Shown here piece by piece: positions 58,864-64,000 of a stretch of 64,000 bases of DNA. Made by a program: the position numbers and the translations under genes. The first letter of the stretch is position 1. Every line of letters begins with the position of its first letter. The notes beneath the pieces are model-generated. The model saw only the letters and a list, made by a program, of their open reading frames with translations, was not told the origin of the DNA and searched no databases. Origin of the DNA: Felis catus (taxonomy: Eukaryota); contig NC_058374.1 of NCBI RefSeq assembly GCF_018350175.1, positions 115,010,001-115,074,000 on the forward strand, written 5' to 3'.

Positions 58864-61319
58864 TGGAAAAAGAGAAGACGTGAGTTTATCACCAATAGAA
58901 ATCAGAAATTTTTGTTACGTATTATATAGATATCATAGTACGGTTGTTGCTGCTGTCTCAAAATACCCTTTACATTTTTCACTAAACTGAAAATCCTGTA
59001 GCCAGTAGACCCACAGCTACATCTTGTCGTTGAACGAATTGATAAAATCTATCTTGTTACATCACCAATAAAACATTTTGGTGTGTGCATTTTAATAGAA
59101 TTCATCTTTTGTGATCTGCATATTCCATTTTTTTAAAATTTCAAAACAGTATTCCAAGCAGGGGGTCCATGGTCTTTGCTGGACTGTCAAAAGAGGTCAG
59201 AACTCAAATACCAGAGGAAGGGGATTGTGAGCAGGGCGGCCAGGCTGAAGCAGTGGTGGGGAAGAGGGTGAGGAGGAAGAATCTGGGGGAGATTCTAGAG
59301 ACAGTGGGAACTTGCTGATAGATCTGGGACGTAGGCAGAAGGAGAGATCTGTGTGTACCCTGCTCCCCCCATCAAGTTTCTGGCTAGAGCAGAATTCTTC
59401 CTGTTCCTTGCCACATCTGTCCTTTCCTTTCCATCACTGATGTTCGACTCTTAAACCTTTATTAATGTCAGACATGTAGCAAGGTTTTGAAAAAATAAAG
59501 CAGTATGGAGAGACATAATCAAAGATCACTATCCCTTGGTTCCCACCCCCCACCCCCACCTGTCAATCCTACATTGTTCTGAACTCTTGTAGTGTTATCT
59601 TGTCTAGCTAGATGGCAAATTCTGTTCAGGAAAGTGCCTTGTAATCCCCACTATGTTTTTCATTTTAGGTGTTGAATAAATGACTGATAGATCCCAAAGG
59701 CACTTCCTCTCTTGAGGTCACCGTGTACATCAATTATGCCATACTCCAGTTACGGACGTTTTACCAACCGTGACATTCTAGGAAATTGGTCTTTTACTTA
59801 AATTCCCATGTTTTCTGTCATTTGTCTTCATATAAAATAACACCGAATGTGCAAATAAAAATTCCATTACTTGGACTTTATGCTTGTTTTTTGTGAAAGT
59901 GAGTCTAGTGTGATGCCGAGTTGAATAACCCTGTGTAATCTCACACCAGAAATTGAGAAGGTGGATTTGAAATTTCCACCCATCCCTCTGCGGGAGGGGG
60001 GAGGGGGGCGTGTTACTTGGCTTGGTAGCAGAGGTTAATTTCAGTGTTGTTGCCCATGTTGTAGACTGCAGAGTTGCAGCTGAACACTTGGTTGGCTGGA
60101 GGAAATTTTTTGCCGTGCGTCTTGTGAGGTCCGGGAATGTATAGTTTTGTGGTCTGATGTATTTTGATGGTTGCCAGATAAAATTGATGTCTGGCACTTT
60201 TTCTAGGAAAAACACATTTAGACGTTTCCAAGTTGATTTGTAGGAACTTAGTGTTATTAGAATTTTGTGGCAGAACTTTTTCTCAAGTGGCAGAAGAAAT
60301 AAAGGAACTTTAGTTTTGAGGGCTGTTAACAGCACCTTCCATTAGCGCCAAAGCTGAGGAGGTTGACAAAGTAGTGGATTGTTAATATGGATTTATGGCA
60401 CAAATAAGCAAGTATCTGGACTTGTGAAAGTTACTGATGCAGTAAAATACAGTTTTAGCTACTGACATTAGATTAGCCCCCAAATTTTTAGAAAAAAGCA
60501 CATTCCCCCCCCCCCCCTTATTTTCTATGTAACATTTCTCAACTCAGTAACTAAAGAGATTACTTTGGGGTTAACCTTGAGATTTGTTTGCTGTTTACTG
60601 CTACTGTTTTTTTGGAGGGAGGGAGAGAGAGCAGGGTTTGGGAGAAACACGCTGTGGAAAAGTTAGCTTCCCAATTTATACATGAAAATCACAGACCTTC
60701 CTCCCCCCCCCCATTTGCATTATAAATATCTGAAGAGCAAGTTAAAGATTGTTAGTGAAGACGTGAGAGGTATTGCCCGAGAATACGATGAGTTAACTTT
60801 TCTTTAAACTTACTGGCTTCTCCCTTAACACTGAAGATAACAAGTTTTTACTTGTTGGCATTGCTGTTAAGCCTCAAAATACTCTGGGAGCAAAGGGACT
60901 TTTTTTTTTAATGCATTATTGAAATATAATTATAGTGGAGGAAAGTTTTCTATTTGGAAGACATTTAAGCTACAGACCTTCAAACCCAATTTTTTGAAGA
61001 CATTTAATAAGCAGGTTAAGGCAGCACCAGAAGAGAGAAACGGTATGGTGAATAAAGGGGGTTAAAACCAAGGCTTCCTACGACAGACTGGAAACGAATT
61101 GATTTTGATTTATGCATACTAGACCAGAAACGAAATAGCCCGGTAGATATTTCTAGGAACCAGTAGAGAGGAGCGTGAAAAAGACGGGGAGCGAGGAGAA
61201 GAAAGTGTGTGTGTGTGTCTGCGGGAAGAGGAGGAATCTCACTTGGGATAGTTTCCCTTCCTTCTACTCGAGAGCTTTCGAGTTTTCGAACGGAGCTGCC
61301 GCAGGGACTGGCTCTAATG

Positions 61320-61690
61320 TCTGCGACACGTGCACACAGGCTGTGGCCGGGGAAGGGATACTGGCGCCGCTGGGTGATACAGAAACAGTCCTTTGTGCGA
61401 GGCCGCGGCCCGCCAGCTCCCCCCGGACGCGGCTGCGGCTGCCCGGGGCTCCTGCCCGTCCTGCACTGCAGCGTCGGGAGACAGGAGACCTTTAGAAACC
61501 GACCGATGTCAACGCGTTTCATGTTGGAAACACGCCAGCGGAGCGGGGAACCCAGAGCCAACGGCTGTGTTTCGCATTTTGCTCTAGGTCCAACGGGTTA
61601 ATATCTGCTCGCGCAGCCCTAGCGATCCTGACACACAGGAGAATGTAGCTTCCTTGGATTGTCTCCTCGAGGAGCATCCGCGCGGATTTT
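61320..61690. promoter_or_regulatory. Small CpG-rich islet downstream of SOCS2 (candidate enhancer or promoter)
   Basis: Locally dense CpG/GC sequence (GAGGCCGCGGCCCGCCAGCTCCCCCGGACGCGGCTGCGGCTGCCCGGGG) in AT-rich surroundings, not a recognisable repeat; GAS motif at 61151-61159. Confidence 0.5.
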
Positions 61691-61899
61691 GCTCCTGTGG
61701 GTTTAATGTCAGCGTGTATTATTAGCTCGTTCTGAATTATTCTAAAAGTAATAACAGGGCTGTTATTGCCACGATTAGAAGTCTAATCAGTTCAGAAGCC
61801 TATGAAGGGGAAAATAAAATTGGCAGCCTCCTCTCCAGAGGTCACTATTGTTAAAAGTTTCTCTTTTGTTCTTTCAGAATTTTAAAATGCACGATAAGC

Positions 61900-62320
61900 G
61901 TATGTTTAAATCATTTTTTAAAAAAAAGCCCAGATAGGATGTTATGCATTCGGCTATGTAATTTCTTATTTCAGTATCTGGGATCTCTTCATATCTGTAC
62001 AGCTTTGTATATCCTTATGATAACAAAAAGGTCCACCACATTCTTTTCAACATCTGCACAGCGTCCCGTCCTATGAACGCACCATCACTGATTGCATGGA
62101 TCTCCTTCTCATGGGCGAAATTTGGGTCGTTTCCAGTTTTCTGCTATTACAGTGGTGCAGGAAAAAACCTCTGTGCCAACATCACTATGTGCTTAGGGGG
62201 ATATATATGAGCGCACTTCTAGCAGTGGAATATTAGGGTGAAAGCATATGTGCATTAACATTTTAATAGATATTTCCAAATCATATTCCAAAAAGGTTGC
62301 ACCAATTAGATTAATATTTC
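61900..62320 (-). mobile_element. Old L1M fragment
   Basis: TTTGGGTCGTTTCCAGTTTTCTGCTATTAC, TTCTAGCAGTGGAATATTAGGGTGAAAGCATATGTGCATT...CATATTCCAAAAAGGTTGCACCAATT. Confidence 0.7.
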
Positions 62321-64000
62321 AGGCTTAAATGAGTTACTGCCCTCTAAGTTGTAGGCATAGTTGAGGGTTTTCCTTTAAATGCTGTTAATTTTTAAACAGC
62401 ATATGTAGTATTGAGACCAAATGAGCTTGTTCATTTGCTAATTAAATGACCTGGAAGTTAAATTTCCATTCTAGAAATGATTGTCTCTGGAATGTTAAGT
62501 GCTCTGCCCTGGGGCCTTTCGAACCAGCCAGAGGCCTGGCCCAGTACCCAGTCTGAGAACCTCAGACCCAGCCTGACCAGAGACACCCAGGACTAGGGAG
62601 CAGGCACATGGCTCACGCTCTGACTGTGGCTCCAGTTAAAACGGCAGACTGTCTTTAGAAATCTTAAGTCAGAGTCAGAAAAACATTTCTTTTCTCGGTG
62701 TTATCATAATATCAACTTCAATGAGTTCCGTTCAAAAGGCACCAGTTGAGCACAGCTACGGCACCAAGTTCCTCCTGAAACCAGCGTGTCTGTCGTCCCT
62801 ACTTTCTATCCCCTTATCTCCGGTTTCTCTCTTGTTGCTTTCTCTTTCTGTATTTGTTTCTTTTCATACCAACCACGTATCCTCCCGCACCCTCTCGTGT
62901 GATACCAGAGGGGTGGCCAGTTCTGTGGACGACACGCTGATTTCCTGCAGCCGATAGGTGGTTCTGGAGACAGAGATGATTTTGTGTGTGCTTCTTACCA
63001 CAGTGATTTGACTCTGTGTCTAGAATCTGTGCCCCATGGGATCTGCTTATGACTTCAATGCTTCTGTAGAGGGCCACCTCTACAGAAACACTTCATTTCT
63101 TATTTTTATTTAAGCTTTTTATAGTTAAAACCTGTTACAGATGAAACCAAGATGTAACCAGATACCAAGACACAAGTCACGTTTCAGAAAACTTGTGGTT
63201 CCAGTTGCCATGAAGTTGCTGTTTAAACCACCACAGTCGCACCCCTAGATACCTTTGAGATGATAGCCAGCTCTTGGGGAATTACAGAGCTTCGACAGTT
63301 TTTTTAATGTCACAAACTACCTGCTCATTTAGAAAACGCAGCCCTTTAAAACGCAGCTCCCTCATACCCTGAAAAGCCATCTTAACCAAAGACACAGTCA
63401 CATCAGAATAGGATCTAGGTGTCAGCAAAAAGGAAAAACAAACATGCTGGACTAAATTAAAATAACTTTCCCATTTCGGGTCTGACCCTCTGTGGCTTTG
63501 TAGGGAGCTGCACTCAACCATACAGAGGCTTCTACCTTAAAATAAAGGAAATAAACCAACAGGCAGAGAAAGCCCGCCTAATTAAAACTGCTAATTTCAA
63601 ACTCTTAATTTCCAACACACTGGAAGCCAGCAGGAAGAGAGAGGAGGTGAAATGTGTTGTTCCAATGTTGTCCCTAAATAGAATGTTCTTTGCAACTGGC
63701 AGGAAGCACCTGGGAGATTATTTGCTTGGGACATTTGGAAATAAATTGTTTTTGAAATAAGAAGGGAAAAATAAATTGGTTTCTAAGGTCAGATGCTTTT
63801 CACATTTTCACATACATACATTTTTATGATATGAATTCTGAGGGTAATGGATTCAAGTTAATAATGTATTTAAATTTAAGAAAAGATGTAGAAACTGTCA
63901 AGAGAGGAAAATTGAGATAGGGAGTTTTAGCTAAACCCTGAATCTCCCTCTCATTTTGACTAAAATTGACCTTCAATTTTATAGTACTTTCATTTTTACA

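Noticed and set aside
47200-64000. Exons of a neighbouring gene such as CRADD or another coding gene
   Set aside because: No ORF with recognisable CARD/death-domain or other protein similarity; CRADD is expected further downstream by mammalian synteny.

Overview
Mammalian genomic DNA, almost certainly from a felid (carnivore tRNA-derived CAN-SINEs, including young SINEC_Fc-type copies, plus carnivore L1 3' ends). The only intact protein-coding gene I can support is SOCS2 (+ strand). It has a CpG island at about 40.9-44.6 kb, coding exon 1 at 43819-43957, coding exon 2 at about 45670-46127 (its 5' part hidden by Ns), and a 3' UTR to about 47.2 kb. The upstream 40 kb is dense with repeats and carries two processed pseudogenes on the minus strand. 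One is a 5'-truncated, tail-less EIF4G1 copy (1918-4567) fused to an L1 fragment. The other is a MEST copy (29393-31896) with perfect 16-bp target-site duplications (TSDs) that appears to derive from the alternative upstream first exon. The most unexplained structure is a 180-bp inverted repeat (4 mismatches; 35974-36153 / 37287-37466) with a templated-insertion-like scar at one end. Also notable are a retrotransposon target site used repeatedly (three TSD copies) and a cluster of STAT5-type GAS motifs across and downstream of SOCS2. The ten N-runs behave like length-preserving masks rather than true gaps. I do not see convincing evidence of a new multi-gene biological system; the findings are structural, regulatory and evolutionary. 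Family names for old repeats come from recalled consensus similarity, their boundaries are approximate, and they should be confirmed with RepeatMasker/Dfam.
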